Assembly (NCBI GenBank): GCA_976226885.1
Contig: OZ320318.1
Location: 41,354,001-41,418,000, forward strand
DNA: 64,000 bases
From: Iphione sp. A-MEVVRFRX5
Taxonomy: Eukaryota
Direction: 5' to 3'
A program made the translations under genes and the position numbers. The first letter of the stretch is position 1, and each line of letters starts with the position of its first letter. Of the stretch, positions 1 to 12,479 are shown in pieces. The notes under the pieces were generated by a model that saw only the letters and a program-made list of their open reading frames with translations, did not search any database and was not told the origin of the DNA.

Positions 1-220
1 AAGGTAAATCTGACTACTGTTTTAGTATCTTTCATTTTTATCCTGCATATAAAGACAATTTTATATTTTCTGTACTTATCACACAGATCTGCCGTGTGTT
101 TTCCCACGTTATAATCTCACGTTAGATCTATGTAAAGATCAAATGAACCGGGCTAACTGACCTGGGAGCCTTTGATTAGCTCTTTTCTCACTGGTCTACA
201 TTTGGATTTCAATTTCACAC

Positions 221-385
221 CTACCGACAAATGGCGAAGACTGATAGAGAAGCGGATGAATATGTATCTATTGGCCTCAGGTGAAGACTTCTGGAGTAGC
301 TACACCTTACCTATTCACATAGGATGAACAGTGCTGAAGAAGTTATGACTCACCTATTGATATAGGGTGAAGACTACTGGAGAAG
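221..385. repeat. Four tandem degenerate copies (period 43, 43, 47 nt) of the 3' end of NCOA exon 354-441
   Basis: 32-mers at 354, 311, 268 and 221 align without gaps. Copies at 268 and 221 match the exon copy at 25/32 and 23/32; the copy at 311 matches 23/30. Confidence 0.85.
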
Positions 386-441
386 TTCCCATGGTCTCCA
401 GGGTTGATGATGTTATAGATGCTTTTCCCCACCAATTCCTC
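354..441 (-). CDS. NCOA: NCOA PAS-A exon 2; gene continues beyond the left edge of the window
   Basis: tctttgcag|GAG...CAATAG|gtgagt, 88 nt, phase 0 to 1. Encodes EELVGKSIYNIINPGDHGNFSSSLHPISI, continuing PAS-A. Confidence 0.92.
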
Positions 442-721
442 CTGCAAAGAAGATATCAAGAGTTAGAATCGAAAAAAATGCCTTCAGACGACGCCTTCGG
501 ACCCCGCCAAAAAGATCGCTGGCATCATCTTTCATTTTGCTTAGTGTGAAGTAGAGGAATAAGAAGAGAGAAGCACTCACCCGTGCATTACCACACAGCC
601 ATCCACACATTTGCATGTACACATATGCACGTATACACACATACAGACTCATTCACCATTTTACACGCACATGTGGACTGCTCTTGTTTACTGTACATGT
701 GCATGTATGTGCAGGCTCATG

Positions 722-723
<2 letters not shown>

Positions 724-761
<38 letters not shown>
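724..761. repeat. (CA)n microsatellite
   Basis: Direct reading. Confidence 0.95.
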
Positions 762-767
<6 letters not shown>

Positions 768-1439
768 TTTGCATGCATTGGCACACAGAAGAGTGCTTAT
801 GGGTATGTGTGCCTGCACAGACACACACACCACACACAGACACACATACACGTGCGCGCGCGCGTTTCTTCATCGTTTTTTTGAAACGGATTACAAAGGA
901 TATCATCGGCATGGAATTTCATGAGCTAGCTATCATGGAAGGCCGTAACCGGGAATCAAAGTCCGCCTGCTTACTGAGTCAGCCAATCAGTCGGAAATCC
1001 CTTCGTGGCATTACATGAAATGCGACGAGAAGTCAAACTGATATAGAAAATTGCCACGTTGCACAACTGGTGAAATTCGGCATGCCAATCTTTCAAGAAT
1101 GTTGCAAGCTCATGTCAAATACAGTTGTAGAGGCAGGATGGGGGTAGGAGTGGGAGTGGGGTATTCCCGCAATGAACTAGCTGACCACAGTGATATGCGG
1201 TTCCAGGTCTCCTTTAAAAAAAGGGAGGGGGGGAGGCATTTCTCCTGTATGAGTTACTCTAGTCCAATCTCTTTGAAATTATAGACAACGTTAGAACCCT
1301 CTTGTAAACATGACTGCCGGGACTGAATGTTCCCTAGGTGACCTGAGATAGGATTTCGTGAAAATGGAGGACCCATACCTACCCACAAGTATCAGTGAGA
1401 AAATGAGTGGGAATATGAGTAAGAGGGTGACACAGTTGA

Positions 1440-3200
1440 GAAGCAGGTAAAGAGAAAAAACTGTGATAACTCGGAAACTATTGCACATAAGACAGGACAT
1501 GAACAAAATGCTGCAGGCCAAATGACTGAGGTGATACAGCCAGGTCACAATGACTGAGTTGAAGTACACCTAAAGAGGAAAACTGTGATAACTTGGAAAC
1601 TATTGCACATAGAAAGATGGGACTTGAACCAAGATGCTACTGGCTGGACAACACAGGTCATACAGCCAGGTTAGGGTGACTCAGTCCAGGGGCTGGTAAA
1701 GAGAAAAAGTACAACACCTCAGAAACTATTACACATAAAATGGCAGGACTTGAACCAAAATGCTGTAGGCTAAATGCCGGAGGTGATACAGCCAGATTAG
1801 GATGACTGAATTGAGGTACATCTAAAGAGAAAAACTATGATAACTTGGAAACTATTGCACACAGAAAGATGGGACTTGAACCAAAATGAACGATGCAGGT
1901 GATAAGGGCAGGTTAGGGTGACCCAGTAAAGGGGTGGGTAAAGACAACAAGAGAGAGAGGGGGANNNNNNNNNNNNNNNNNNNNNNNNNNNNNNNNNNNN
2001 NNNNNNNNNNNNNNNNNNNNNNNNNNNNNNNNNNNNNNNNNNNNNNNNNNNNNNNNNNNNNNNNNNNNNNNNNNNNNNNNNNNNNNNNNNNNNNNNNNNN
2101 NNNNNNNNNNNNCTCTTTACAGCCACCTTGATTGGCACCTTGTTTTGGGGTGGTTGGCTGGGCTTGTCTAAGTCCATCGGGTTACAAACTCTCAGGTCTG
2201 CATGACTGAGCACAGCACCCTCAGTTCTGCCTCAGTGAGCACCTGACTGCTACAACCCTCGGTTCTGCATGACCGAGCACAGCATCTGTTCTACCTCACT
2301 GAGCACCAGACTGTTACAAGCTGATACTGGTAGAAGGGAGATATTGGTGTGTGTATGTGTGCATCTATGTGCATTGTCAGACCTAGGAACCCCTAAACCA
2401 GGTATATATGTTTGTAGATGTATTAGCAAAAGAGTAACATTGGCATAATTTCATCTTCAAAATACTTGAATTACTACCAATATTACCCAGTGCCATGGGG
2501 CCATATATACCAATATCATATATTAAAATCAGTTATTTTGAGTGAAGAGTTTGAGACTTTTAAGACCCACAAGAGTGTGATGGATGGTCGGGACACCAGC
2601 CAGCAGCATTCCTAATGCCCCCCCCCCCTATGAGACATGGGACAAAAACTGTGATAACTTGGAAACTATTGCCCATAGAAGGACAGGACTTGAACTAAAA
2701 TGTGGTTGGCTGAATGACGGAGGTGATAGGGGTTAGGGGTAGAAAAAACTGTGATAACTCAGAAACTTTTGCACATAGAAGGATGGGACTTGAACCAAAA
2801 TACTGTGAGCTGAATGAGAGCTGATAGAGGCAGTGGTACAGCTGAGGGTCAGGTAACAAGAAAAACTGTGATAACTCTGAAACTCTTGGACATAAAAGGA
2901 CGGGACTTGAACCAAAATACTTGTATGGAGACCTTGGACACTCTCCAGTGGTTCTGTCACTAATTTTCATGCAAAATGCCGACTTTTACACTAAGGAGGC
3001 CCGGGAGAAAAGTGTTGTAACTTGAGAACAATTGCACCTAGAAGGATGAAACATGAAGCAAAATACTTCTATGGACACTTTGGCCACTCTACAATGGTTT
3101 AAGAGCTAATTTTTGGATCAGAACACCGACTTTTACACACTGACTGACAACTTGAGAACTGTTGCACCTAGAAAAATAGGACTTGCAGCAAAATACCTCT
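1440..3200. repeat. Diverged tandem array, unit about 120 bp, about 9 copies
   Basis: AAAACTGTGATAACT(C/T)GGAAACTATTGCAC...GGACTTGAACCAAAAT recurs near 1458, 1580, 1706, 1830, 2645, 2745, 2862, 3008 and 3145. Confidence 0.85.
1946..2645 (-). mobile_element. Second copy of the same HINE, inserted in the 120-bp tandem array (partly in an N-gap)
   Basis: 2113-2645 is collinear with 35770-36230. AACAAGAG at 1946 and GGGACAA at 2639-2645. Confidence 0.8.
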
Positions 3201-3399
3201 ATGGAGGCCCTGGCTACTCTACAGTGGTTTTCAAGCTAATTTTTGGCCCAGAGCACTGAATTCACCCTTCTAGGTAGGCCCTGGCTGCTCCCTAGCCATT
3301 CTCACCCTTACTGCTGAGCCAGGGGTGTCTAGATAGGTTGGGGAGGTCTGTCACGGGCAGTACAGCTCTGCCATGGGGGGGGGGGGTCAAGACAGGTTT

Positions 3400-3610
3400 G
3401 GGAGGGTCTGTTGCTGTTGGGGCAGCATGTCGTGGCTGGGGCTGCTCAAGGAGCACCTACCGGCCACTGGGGGTGTGCTTAGAGGTGGGAAAAGGACCGG
3501 TCATGGCCGTGGCTGCTCCAAGAGCACCTGCTGGCAACCAGGGGTATCCTTAGAGGTGGGGGAAGGACCAGTACAGCCGGGGCTGCTCAGCAAGCACCTG
3601 CTGACAGCTG
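3400..3610. repeat. GC-rich tandem repeat, about 70-bp unit, 3 copies
   Basis: GGCTGCTC..GAGCACCT...CTTAGAGGTGGG..AAGGACC repeated. Confidence 0.6.
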
Positions 3611-4106
3611 CCAATCAAGTCAAGGTCCTGACTAAGATGAACTCCAACCTTCCTTCCCATGCTGCAAGGAGCTGCCACTCAACCAAAGGCCTTGACCTAG
3701 GTTGTGTAACCACTCAGCTCACCAACACAATATCAAAGCCAGCACCCTCCCTTTAACACTAATTCTTCCATAGGCTTTCCAAGAGAAGCAAACCATGACT
3801 AAGGTTGTGTAATGCCCTCACATGCTAGCTAGAGATCAAAGTAGAAACCCCCCATACTTCTAGCACTGAATTCCCCCTCACAGTAATGGAGGTCATCATC
3901 CTCTGCTACAGGACAGAAATATGGCAGAGGTGACCTCCATTGAAATTTTTGCAAGGACAAACACGACCCAGTCAAACTCTGTCTGCTCAAATTTAATTTT
4001 GTTAACCACGAAAATAGGCAGGGTTGAAATATTTCACAGGACTTTCAGGTACAGATATTTGTATATTTTAAAACTTTCTGCAAAGGAATAACCAAAGTAC
4101 ACTTAC

Positions 4107-4196
4107 CTGTGTATATTTAAGATACTGAGTAATATTCTCTGAGACAAAGTCAACCTTATCTTGGCTGTTGACTACAAAGAAGAATCCGTCTAGAGC
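4107..4196 (-). CDS. NCOA: NCOA PAS-A exon 1
   Basis: ccttttacag|GCT...ACACAG|gtaagt, 90 nt, phase 0 to 0. Encodes [30 protein letters not shown], the PAS-A start of p160 proteins. Confidence 0.95.
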
Positions 4197-5503
4197 CTGT
4201 AAAAGGGGAAAGAACCAAGTCAGAAGGATGGGCCAGCGGCAACAGACCTGTTTGGTACTCAAGATAACCATACTTAATACATGTACAGCACATTTGAACA
4301 TTTTGAGATTAAGTAGATATACTGAACCTCTTTTCAGGACATACATCAAAAGTCGACTCAAATTTCCTGACTGATTGGCCATTTTTTTCCTAATTAATGT
4401 CTTATTTGACCAGTAAGAGCTTATAACTATACCTTTTCCTAAAAATAACTGTTCCTTGGAACTAATGCTCCTCAAAAGAGGTACATCTTTAGACATGCCC
4501 CTACTTATTTCATGGTATTGAGAGATTCTCCTGACAATCTAGCTTATTTATCTTATTTTATTCATTTTCAGGCAGTTTCCGCTGCTTTCTCAATACACGA
4601 CAAAATTAACTGACTGTAAATGTCCACCTTTAGTGGAGATCACTCGGGGATGCCAGTCCATAATATTAAGTTTAAACCATTTATTGAAAAATCAAGTAAC
4701 TTCACAATCTTTACTTTGACTTAAAGTTAATGACAAAGTTGATTACTATGTTGGAATCTGAATGTGATGACTGCTGCAATGTAGACTATAACAACTGTGA
4801 TCACCTTTCTTGTGTAAAAATAAGTTCAATGTAACAAAAATCAATATATGTGTAGAGATATGGATGCTAGAAGAGCAGGTCTGTTCAAACTGCAGGCTGT
4901 GGTCAACATCTCTGTGATATGTGGAAATAATGTGTGGATACTAGTCGACAATCCTGTACTTTTACAATCATACATCTTCTTTGGTTTTATTTAAAGTATT
5001 TGTTGCATATTGATCTTTAAAAGCTCATGTATTGAGAAGATCAACATTGCAAGTTATACATGTACTTGTCTGCTGTTATGCGTCTGGATTTGTCAGATAA
5101 CAAAATTATCCATTTACTATAAATAAAGATTCGGCGAGCAATCCGTCCCTCTTAATAACGACCGGGCTTTGTTACAGCACAAGTACTACGGACAGACCAC
5201 TACATAGAGGGTTTTCTGTTCAAATTACAGGAGTTCTCAGGTGGGCCTTAGTAAATGTTGGGTAGTTGATCAACAATGTGTTCGGTTGTACTCTGGTAGC
5301 ACCAACTTACGCATGTGTTCCAAACAATCCAATCGTCAGGAAGAGTCACATTGTACATGTATTTGCAACAGTGAGCTGAAGCTTGTATTTAGTACTACAT
5401 CGGCAAGTACAAAAGTAAACTGAGATCTTTCAGACAACTCTGTCCAAATTCCATATGTACATGTACTATTTCAACCGTAGCTAACCATTTAACTGACATA
5501 ACA

Positions 5504-6095
5504 TTAAAAAGAGCCTATGGTGCTTTGCACGGTCTTCTTTGCCTTCATGCTCCTCTGGAAACTATCCATTGTCATCATATGACTTTCTAGTGTGGTTAGA
5601 TCATTGTAGTGATGGAGATGTTGTCTAGTGATGCTCATCACCATTAACTCTTTAGCGGAGACAAATGCTTCCTGGGATAATGTCGGTTCATCTTTCTCCT
5701 CCTGGTCAGCTGTCCTTGTTTCCATTCTCAGATATTAAAGCGGCATGCAGTGCAAGACACATTCACTGTCCAGACTCCAAGTAGCACGTAGGTGAACTGT
5801 TTCTTGCAACCTACATACAAGCATACTCAGTGTAATTCGGCGCTGTCCTCATCATCATTGCATTCAGGCTGGAGTTTGCAGATATGCATAGAGAACCGTT
5901 GGAAACATTTATCATCGTCGATGTCTTACAGACGTGATTTACCTCCTTCAGCCAGGTTAACGCCAAGTGGGCATGAATCAACTTCTGAACCGACACCCAG
6001 TTGACGCTTGGCGTGGAGATATCTGCCCGTTATAACTTACTGAAGAAGGCACCTGGGCTACTTAGCCTCGATGGCTTGAATGATGTCCTGATCTA
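5504..6095 (-). pseudogene. Decayed 3' fragment of a second Tigger/pogo transposase, in an NCOA intron
   Basis: VLDQDIIQAIEAK*PRCLLQ resembles PLDQGIIxxxKAxYR, followed by an acidic linker and C-terminal KKTVQSTIGSF*. Confidence 0.65.
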
Positions 6096-6579
6096 GCACA
6101 ACAATTGACCGATCGCCGTGTTACGTCATTACGACGCAGAATGAACCACAACAATCCTGTAATGGGTAGACAGCCTACAACAGCCACAGATCAGACTACA
6201 ACAGCTATCACATGCTGCTAGTAAACAAGGCAGACAGGAGGTGTCTTCTCAGGCAAAAAACACACACTTCTATTTTTCAGATTTTATTAAAACTTACGCA
6301 AATGAAAGCTAAGACTCTAAGCAAAACAATGAGCTATTGCATGGCTCTCTAGAGCCATTACCAACAATGCAACAGCCATGTTAAGTTCGGCGCTCATTCG
6401 GCGCTGACTTGGTGCTCTCCCCGTAAAAATATAAACACCGTCATTTTACCGCAAAATGACGTCATTCGGCGATCAGTCAATTGTAAGGATAACATTGTAT
6501 TGTTATAAAGACCAGAAAGCAGCGTTCCTATACTCCTCCTCAGGTAGAGGAACAATCGATGTGAAAGTAGGTTACATAC

Positions 6580-6671
6580 CTCCAAAAGTAGTGGCCCCAG
6601 GATCTCACTGGGGATGAGTGTCGGTTTGCTGGATGAGACTTGGCTCTGCTGGACAGCCTCGCTTCCACTCT
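6580..6671 (-). CDS. NCOA: NCOA bHLH-PAS linker exon
   Basis: catcacag|AG...TTGGAG|gtatgt, 92 nt, phase 1 to 0. Encodes ESGSEAVQQSQVSSSKPTLIPSEILGPLLLE, the p160 VQ.S.VSS...LGP.LLE linker. Confidence 0.93.
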
Positions 6672-6921
6672 CTGTGATGAAACAAGACAGGAATGGAATT
6701 GGTACTGATGCATGTCACCATCTACTACAGGCTTCATACAAGAAGATGGAGGGATGGAAAGAACGAGGGAAAGACTGCGATAAAAAGAAAAAGATGTCTA
6801 CATGCTGCTTCACTCAGTGTCCTCGTGATTAGATTGTGATGGGCTATAAAACAAAACTGAGCTCCTCTTCCTGTGGGAAACTGTCACAGAGCGGTCTTCT
6901 GATAAAAAAAAATAGCATATA

Positions 6922-6959
6922 TTCTTGGTTAAAGATACAATGAAAATGAAAAATGAAAA
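6922..6959 (+). mobile_element. SINE/LINE 3' tail; second copy at 51251-51290
   Basis: TTC(C/T)TGGTTAAAGATACA followed by (ATGAAA)n at both sites. Confidence 0.55.
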
Positions 6960-7071
6960 GAAAATATTTTCCCTTTCACCCTGCTACCCACATGAAGAGG
7001 GAGGTCTTGCTGCTGAAGGTAATCAGTCTGAACACTTACAGCAAGACCTGCATGACTTTTTCAATGCCTAC

Positions 7072-7244
7072 CTTCGTTTTTGATGCGGCCAATCTGGTTG
7101 ATAGTTTCTTGCAGTAGGGTGCACTTGTCCGGTCTGCTTGAGAGCTTATTCAGATCACTCATACTTGCAGACACTAGCTTGGCCAACTCGTCATAATACT
7201 GGTTCTCCTGATCACGCCGACGTTTTTCAATGAGGCATTTTGTC
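7072..7244 (-). CDS. NCOA: Nuclear receptor coactivator (NCOA/SRC/taiman family), bHLH exon
   Basis: Minus strand ttttccag|G...AACGAAG|gtaggc, 173 nt. Translates without stops to TKCLIEKRRRDQENQYYDELAKLVSASMSDLNKLSSRPDKCTLLQETINQIGRIKNE, matching the p160 bHLH signature EKRRRxQEN..ELA....PDKC.IL.ET..QI. Phase 2 start, phase 1 end, in phase with the next exon. Confidence 0.95.
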
Positions 7245-8991
7245 CTGGAAAAGCAAAAGGAAGCAACATTAACTCAATGAAATTCGACATTTTTCACATA
7301 CTAAACATCAAGAGTAGTCAGCCTTAAACCATTGACCGTTATTTCGTAAACACTGGTAAAAAGCTGTAATGCGACATTGTAATACACGTATACTGAGAAT
7401 GAGAACAGTCAGCCCTCATCGACATGGAAGGGTATTTCACGAGCAGTAGTGGATAGCTGTCATTAAACATTTAGAATCAAAACTTGCGATCAAAACTATG
7501 AGTGGTCAACAATCATTAAAAAAGTGGTTATTTTATAAAGTGCAATACATTTAAAAACATGAAAATCCAGCCCTCAGAATGAGATAGTTATTCTTCTTCA
7601 TCTTTTACCCTGATTTCAGAACAGCAAATACTAGCATTCAACTACTCTTTTTAGAGGGAGCCTCTGATAATATCATGAAAAAGGTCTTTGAAATACAGTT
7701 TTGCCCCATTTTTCACGCAAAGTATTCCTTTAAAAGTGAGAATGATTCAATGAAGTTGTTTGTACCGTTTATAAGGCGAAGAGGGACAGAAGAGAATACA
7801 AGCTTTTAGTTTTTCACTGCAAATCACGTTTATGTACTGGAATAACGCGGACTGTGCCATGTTTACATCCATTAGTCATACCATTATTCCACATGTAACA
7901 AATCCCTATAGCTGAGTCAAGTAAGCATTGAATTACTCGACAACCTTGATAAACATTCAACTGTAGCAGTTTTGTCGTCAGGTCGGAATTTTAAGTGACA
8001 ACAGTTTGTATGATGCCATGATAGGTGTGATGAATAAATTGCATGAGATGTTCAAGTTAACATCTCACTTAGTTAACATGATTACTGAGCAAACTTTGGA
8101 AAATAAATGTGCACCTTGAAAAAAAGGGCACCATGCGATAACCTGCACGCAGCACATGATAGCTAAAACAAAGGGTACTACTTCTACAATCAGAACACCT
8201 GATAAATAGGCCTTGTGGCTGAGGCTCTAATACCTGCTTTATAAAATAAAAAGAATACACATGTACATACTGTATAAAATGTAACAAACTGTCCTAATTA
8301 ACATTACCACCAGCTTACACGCAAGTTCTCTACCACACTACTACTATGCACTGTAGTACAGCAACATTTATTGTGGTAAGCTATCGTCCTGGCCACAATC
8401 ACAACCAGAATAGACTGTGGTACCCACCCTACCACTGCCACTACAACATACTGTGGTATCCAGACACCAACACCACAAAACATAATGGTGCCCTATCAGC
8501 ACCGCCATCCTACGCTGTGATACTCCATATACTATCATACACTGTCGTTAAACATAATATGCTGCCCCTAATGAAACTGTGTGGTTGACTCAAACGGAGG
8601 TGATGTATAAAGTGACCTCTTAACAATACTAGCTGCCAGTCTGAAGAGCTGCGGCGAAACTGCCCAACTCTGTAAAACTGCACAGAGGATGTCTTCCTAA
8701 AACACACACACACACACATGCATATGCACGCACTCATGCACACACAGGCACACATGCATGTAGGCACAGATTCATACACATATGCACATATACACCCGAA
8801 CACACCCATCGAATAAGTTCAGCCTCACTATCACTACCTCAGCTCTGTGCAAGCGCCCTCCCCACTTCCTCCTCCTAAAGAGCCCATCAACCGAGGTCAC
8901 CCTCCGGGCTGGTAGCTGAGAATCTGTTACAAACATTTACAAGACCTCAGACACCCAAACGACTAGGTTATGTTAGCAATGTTACACCTGC

Positions 8992-9008
8992 GGGTCACTC
9001 TGAGGTCA
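8992..9008 (+). promoter_or_regulatory. DR5-type nuclear receptor response element (motif only)
   Basis: GGGTCA-CTCTG-AGGTCA, followed by TTACGTCAT (CRE-like) at 9016-9024. Confidence 0.35.
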
Positions 9009-9426
9009 CGGTACGTTACGTCATAATGGGGAATGTCGTCTGCCTGGGACCAGCTGCTAAGGCTTCTCACTGTTGAACACGCGTGAACTCAAGTTGCCAG
9101 CGCTCACCGGACATCAGCTGGTGCCAGGTGGAGAGATGGTTAATGAGGAGGAATCCCAGGAACTAGAGACTCGAGTGTCAATACCCGTGTTCCGGAAGGA
9201 AGCAGGCAGTAGGGGGTATAGAGAGAACGAAAGGAAGATAGGCGGACAGAGACAGTGCAGAGGACAGAAACGGAGAGAAATATTTAGGACATGCACACGG
9301 TCATACAGGCAGTCAACTAAAAGGACAACGACAACCGTTTATGCAACCACTTACCCGGTAGTTGATTTTAACTAAATGTCCTTAATAACCTGGGCTTCCC
9401 CGACCTAATCCCGGGAACGAACATGT

Positions 9427-9457
<31 letters not shown>

Positions 9458-9474
9458 CATAAACACGTCTAGAA

Positions 9475-9488
9475 GTTGCCATGGAAAC
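9475..9488. promoter_or_regulatory. RFX X-box motif (others at 10776, 17320, 29163)
   Basis: GTTGCCATGGAAAC matches GTTNCYATRGNAAC. Confidence 0.45.
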
Positions 9489-9608
9489 CAAGGCTCGTTC
9501 GAGTGGTTGCTATTTCAGCCGACAGTACAGTAAGGTTACCTAGGGTCACCAGTGATAAAATCTGCTTTAAATGAACAACAATGACTTGTAGCTCTGCTTG
9601 AATATATA

Positions 9609-9713
9609 CAGTGGAACCTCTCTACTACGGACAGCAAAGGGACTGACCAAAAAGTGTCCATATAATATTAGGTGTCCTTTACATAGGGTGTCCTTAGTAG
9701 AGGGGTTCCACTG
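9609..9713. mobile_element. Tc1/mariner (Tigger/pogo-type) MITE
   Basis: TIRs CAGTGGAACCTCTCTACTA / CAGTGGAACCCCTCTACTA (18/19), flanked by TA on both sides. Confidence 0.9.
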
Positions 9714-12119
9714 TACTTGCATCTAACTTTCTTCTCAATCACTAATGAGTGTATGTTTTCCTGTTTTTCTGCCGTGTGTGTGTCTGTCTGCGCCCCCCCC
9801 CCTTTCTCTGTGTCCCCACTTCCTATCTTTCCTTTGCTCCACAGTATTACCTGTCGTACCTGTTCCGGCAACTTTCTACTCGGATAGTTTTTAAACAAAA
9901 TTGTTGTGTTGTGGTTTTATTTTTAAAATATTCAGTGCTAATCCTGACTGTCCTGATTTCAGATCAGGGCAACATTGTCGTACAGCGTTATATTGGTGAC
10001 TCTTAGGCGGTGTTATTATGGTACAGTTACTAAGAATAAGAAGTGTGCAATGAAGCGTTTTATTATATGAATGCGCAAGGCGTATTCTTGACCCTTACAT
10101 TGAATCTGTTAGCTCTTGCTGATATAAATGTTTTGTTTACAATAACTGGACGCAGTGCCAGATCTGTAAGATTTAATTCCAAAGAGCCATTATGCCATGT
10201 GGCTGATAAGGAACATTTTCTTATTTTTTTCCGAACCCTGCGTACGGATTTAAAATTATTTTAAAACCGTGTGATATCGACATTGAAGGTAAGGTTAATG
10301 TTCATGTAAATTGAAAAGATCACCATCAATGTGATAAAGCTCTCGAGTATCAAGAATGCTGTTGTTTATCTGCTACTGAACGTTATTTTCTGTGTTTGAC
10401 AAGATGTCTGCAGGGAGTGAGGAAGCCAAAAAAGGATGTGTGCTCCGAGGTGTACTTTGCTACATTATGGTTTGTCCGCTAAGTGGTACGTGTGAAGTAT
10501 ATATGTATCTTCAACAGGTTGACAACGGGACACCATATGGACACGTCGAAGGTTGTGTCTATGCGTGCGAGCCAGAGGAGGGGGGGATACCAAAGCGTGT
10601 CTTTGGGAATACGCCTGATTGTTTGAGTGAGTATGTGTGTCTGTGTGTAAAGCGTGTGTGTGCGTGAGGTTCAAATGTTGCATCCAACGACGACACCTGT
10701 CGAAGAGCACCACCAGATCAGCCGACTACACAAACGGGTGCTCGTGCGCTACCAGCGACGTGCGAACTCTGTGCAGTTCCCATAGCAACCATGTTATTAG
10801 CACATGGGGCAGGAGGTAGGAGAGAAGGTTTCTGGAGGTGTGGTCGGGAGGAGGAGTAGTCGGTGTCTTCTGAACGCCTGGTGCACGTCATTTCCGGGTG
10901 GGGTAACCATCTCAGGTGTGGTTGCTCTAGAGAATGTGGCATTGTGTTTTTCATCTGCTGGGTGAATAATATGGGGAGAGATGTGGAGGGGCCGGGGAAA
11001 GATAGGAGAAANNNNNNNNNNNNNNNNNNNNNNNNNNNNNNNNNNNNNNNNNNNNNNNNNNNNNNNNNNNNNNNNNNNNNNNNNNNNNNNNNNNNNNNNN
11101 NNNNNNNNNNNNNNNNNNNNNNNNNNNNNNNNNNNNNNNNNNNNNNNNNNNNNNNNNNNNNNNNNNNNNNNNNNNNNNNNNNNNNNNAGACGTACCTTGG
11201 TCCAGGTATGAAGCCTCCAGCAGCCACCTGCTCAGGTGATTACTGTTACATGAGCACCAGCATCAAGAGCGAGGCATATAGAGCAATAAAGAGCTGTACC
11301 ATATAGATATACTATACTTGCAAGTCGTTGGGACCACATCCTCATCAAGCGCAGGACATCGGCCTAGAGCTACTACTAAGGAATAGAGGCTCTAGTTTCT
11401 GGTCAATAGGTGCATATCACCTGTGGCAAGGCACTAATCCAGAGCTACAGTTATCTTAGAAAAACTGCACTTGCTAGTCAACAGGTACATGTCCTTATCA
11501 AGAGCAAGGCATCTGCCTAAAGCAAAGTTCACATCACGGAGACCATATTCCTTGCTGATGGATGCAGATCCTAATCAGTAGCAAGGCACTCAACTAGAGT
11601 TATGGCTTTGCCATAGATTACTTTATTATAATCCTATGCCAGGATACTGGAAAATTATTGCATAGACATAACAAGTCCATACAAAGGTGTGTTCTGACCT
11701 AGGCCTGTATGAACTCTTGTCAATATCAGCCTATTTTTTAAAATGGCGGATGACTCTCGACTCGATTTTTGTTGATAGGAATATAGATAGAATGGACCAT
11801 TTTGGATGAAACCAACACAAAATTTACTTGCATAAATCCTAAATGCATCTTTCTAAATTGTGTGGATGCCATTTTGACCACTATTTCGGATTATAAATAG
11901 CATTTCAATGGACAGTGCCATACTCGATTCAAACCGGAAGGAAACAACATTTTTGGCTGGTGTGCATGCTCGACGCAATAATTCTGTACTGCCGGTTTCA
12001 AGTGAGCATGATGCTCACGAGTGAAATTCTTTGAATAAATCAAAATATTGGTCAAAATGGCCTAGAAACATGTCAGAAAGGTATGTTTATGATAGTAGGA
12101 ATACGAATACAACTGCAAA

Positions 12120-12235
12120 TGTGCCCATATAAACAGCCGTCTCATTCACCCTGTCAGGCGGAGCAGACTGAGCCCACAGGGCAAGGTCTGCTTAGCCTGA
12201 CAGGGTGAACTCAGATGGATATTTATATGGGCACA
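12120..12235. repeat. 116-bp foldback palindrome (probable MITE)
   Basis: Nested stems: TGTGCCCATATAAA (14 bp), TTCACCCTGTCAGGC (15 bp), AGCAGAC (7 bp), GCCC (4 bp), with a 3-nt loop. Confidence 0.85.
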
Positions 12236-12479
12236 CCGTAGAAGTGTTCTCTTAATACCACATGACCAATGAGGCCACATCCTCATCCATAGCAAGGCAT
12301 CTGCCTAGAGCTACAGCTAAATTATACAGGTCACAGTTTCTGGTAGATGGACGCATGTCATCTATAGCAAAGCACTCACTTAAAGCCCCAGCTATGGTAG
12401 GTGTTAGTTGTGCAGCTGCTAACTGCAAAGTTGTAGCCTGAAGCTGTTGCACAGGAGTCAGTGGGTCACAATCCCCACA

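Noticed and set aside
583-1018. ORFs rich in HT/CV/RA repeats (also near 15970-16180, 16800, 32310-32620)
   Set aside because: Translations of (CA)n, (TG)n and (GCGT)n microsatellites.
8636-8680. CTGAAGA-GC-TGCG-GC-GAAAC hammerhead-like string
   Set aside because: Only a 2-bp stem II, and no correctly placed NUH or stem I.
8600-9900. Possible NCOA exons at about 8620-8697, 8830-8875 and 9850-9885 (-)
   Set aside because: Wrong exit phase or weak donors, and no p160 similarity.
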